NCBI RefSeq assembly: GCF_018977255.1
Contig: NW_024704743.1
Coordinates: forward strand, 45,076,001-45,140,000
Source: Callorhinchus milii
Taxonomy: Eukaryota
Length of the DNA: 64,000 nt
Direction: 5' to 3'
Shown here: positions 62,421 through 64,000 of the stretch, in pieces
Layout: each line of letters starts with the position of its first letter
Numbering within the stretch: position 1 is the stretch's first letter
Notes under the pieces: model-generated
Seen by the model: only the letters and a program-made list of their open reading frames with translations
Database searches by the model: none
Told to the model about the DNA's origin: nothing
Translations under genes and position numbers: made by a program

Positions 62421-64000
62421 TAAATTCCTATTTCCCACCTTAATGTGGACTGCTTCACATCAAGTTCTGATATTTATAGGTATGCAAAAGGAACATCAGA
62501 GAGCTGAATTTCTAACTAGTCTAAGCCTGTATGACAATTTTGTGAAATATTAAACATTAAGATAGAATGATCATACGGAATAAAACTATGTGGGATTTCA
62601 GGGCTTTGAAGAGGAAATAGTAAGTTATCTTCTCCCGAACTTGCATTATCTATGAGGGGAATGTTTCCTTCTTGTTGGATCTCATGTCTGGTCCGATTGC
62701 TCCATATTTATTCCCCACAATTTATGATAATAATCCTTACATTTGATATAGTGCCTTATGTCATTGAGACATCTCAAAGTGCTTCACAGAATTTTACTGA
62801 GAAGCGTAGTGATTGTGTATTTATAGGCGAACACAGCAGCCAACTTGTGCATGTAAGTGTCCCACAAACAGCCATGAAGTGGACATTGCTGTTCACAAAT
62901 TGGCTGCTGCCTTCAGGTGCAAACCCTTGACTGTTGCGCTATGGGGTGTCCTTCTGATGTGAAAGGCGCTATATAAATGTAATTTGTTATTGTTGAAATG
63001 AGAAGAGAGAAATTCCCTTCTCTTTTCAAATAATGCTGTAGGATCTTTAAACAAACACCTGAAGAGGCAAATGGGGTACCTCAGTTTAACATCTCCTCTG
63101 AAGGATAGCACCTGGCAAACAAAGCAATACAAATTACAATACAAAATTACATTTATATAGAGCCTTTCACATCAGGATGCAGCACTGCCCCAGCACTTCA
63201 TTGGAGAGGCAGCCTAAACTGTGAGTTCAAGTCCCGATGTGGGACTTGAAGCTGCAAAATTCTGAAGTGGAGAGTGCTACCAGTAAGCCAGGCTGACACC
63301 TTTGAGACTGTCTTTTATCCTTTGCTGAAAAACATCTGCAGTGACTCCAAATGTTCATCGCAAGCATCTGAGATTATCTGGACTGGCTGAACCTTGGGCC
63401 TCAACAATAATAATAATAATAAACCTTGCATTTGATATAGCGTCTTATCACATCATCTAGACGTCTCAAAGAACTTCACAGAATATACCCAAAGTGAATT
63501 GATTGTATATTTTGTGGGCGAAACTGGATTAGAATGTCACTCAATCTACATACAGGACAGCCCCATTGTAACATGATCATTTGAGTCCAATCTCTCAGGC
63601 TCCATGTTGCTTTAAAATGTAGAAAATACCCAATGTCCAGATCATCAAGTCACCACTGACATCACATCCTGCACATGCACGCCTTTGGACTTCCAATTCC
63701 AGACACCATGGACAAGCAACAACCATGGCTTGTATAGCCAGATCAATCCCTGGGAGACACTACTTAATTACCTCAAAGGAGAACATATTCTCCCACATAG
63801 CAATAAATAACTCCTATCACCACCAGGGAAAATCACAAATTCTTGGATCAAGATATTTGTAAGAAGCATTCTGAGTAGCAATACCCAGGAGTTGGTACAA
63901 TAGATTTGACCATGAAAAGGTGAAGGGTTTGAACTCACTAGGAATCGAACCCAGAAATTTCAGATCCCAGATTACCAGCCTGAGCTACCAATACAAATAT

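Overview
Vertebrate nuclear DNA, not prokaryotic. The window is the interior of a retinoic acid receptor beta (RARB) gene on the + strand. Three coding exons with canonical AG/GT boundaries and compatible phases (25139-25299, 46918-47094, 62175-62379) encode the hinge and the N-terminal part of the ligand-binding domain. They are separated by introns of 21618 and 15080 bp. I saw no DNA-binding-domain exons or 3' exons, so these presumably lie outside the window. The remainder is repeat-rich intron: a near-full-length decayed CR1 LINE (~17.2-20.95 kb), CR1 and L2 fragments, many tRNA-derived SINEs with L2-like tails, Deu-domain SINEs, small TIR elements and a minisatellite. This repeat set suggests a cartilaginous fish, probably a chimaera (inference). 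Almost all ORFs in the track are spurious or repeat-derived. I found no convincing novel biological system. The best leads are: a candidate 18-nt in-frame micro-exon with an overlapping poison exon upstream of the hinge exon; a palindromic MITE family with 3-bp TSDs; two SINE subfamilies in which the splice-donor-bearing form occurs only antisense; a TSD-flanked Penelope-like hammerhead remnant; an ORF1-ORF2 fusion in the CR1; a CTCF-like site; a U2 5' fragment; and repeat-free CNE-like blocks. Repeat family names come from recall of consensus sequences, not from a search, and repeat boundaries are approximate.
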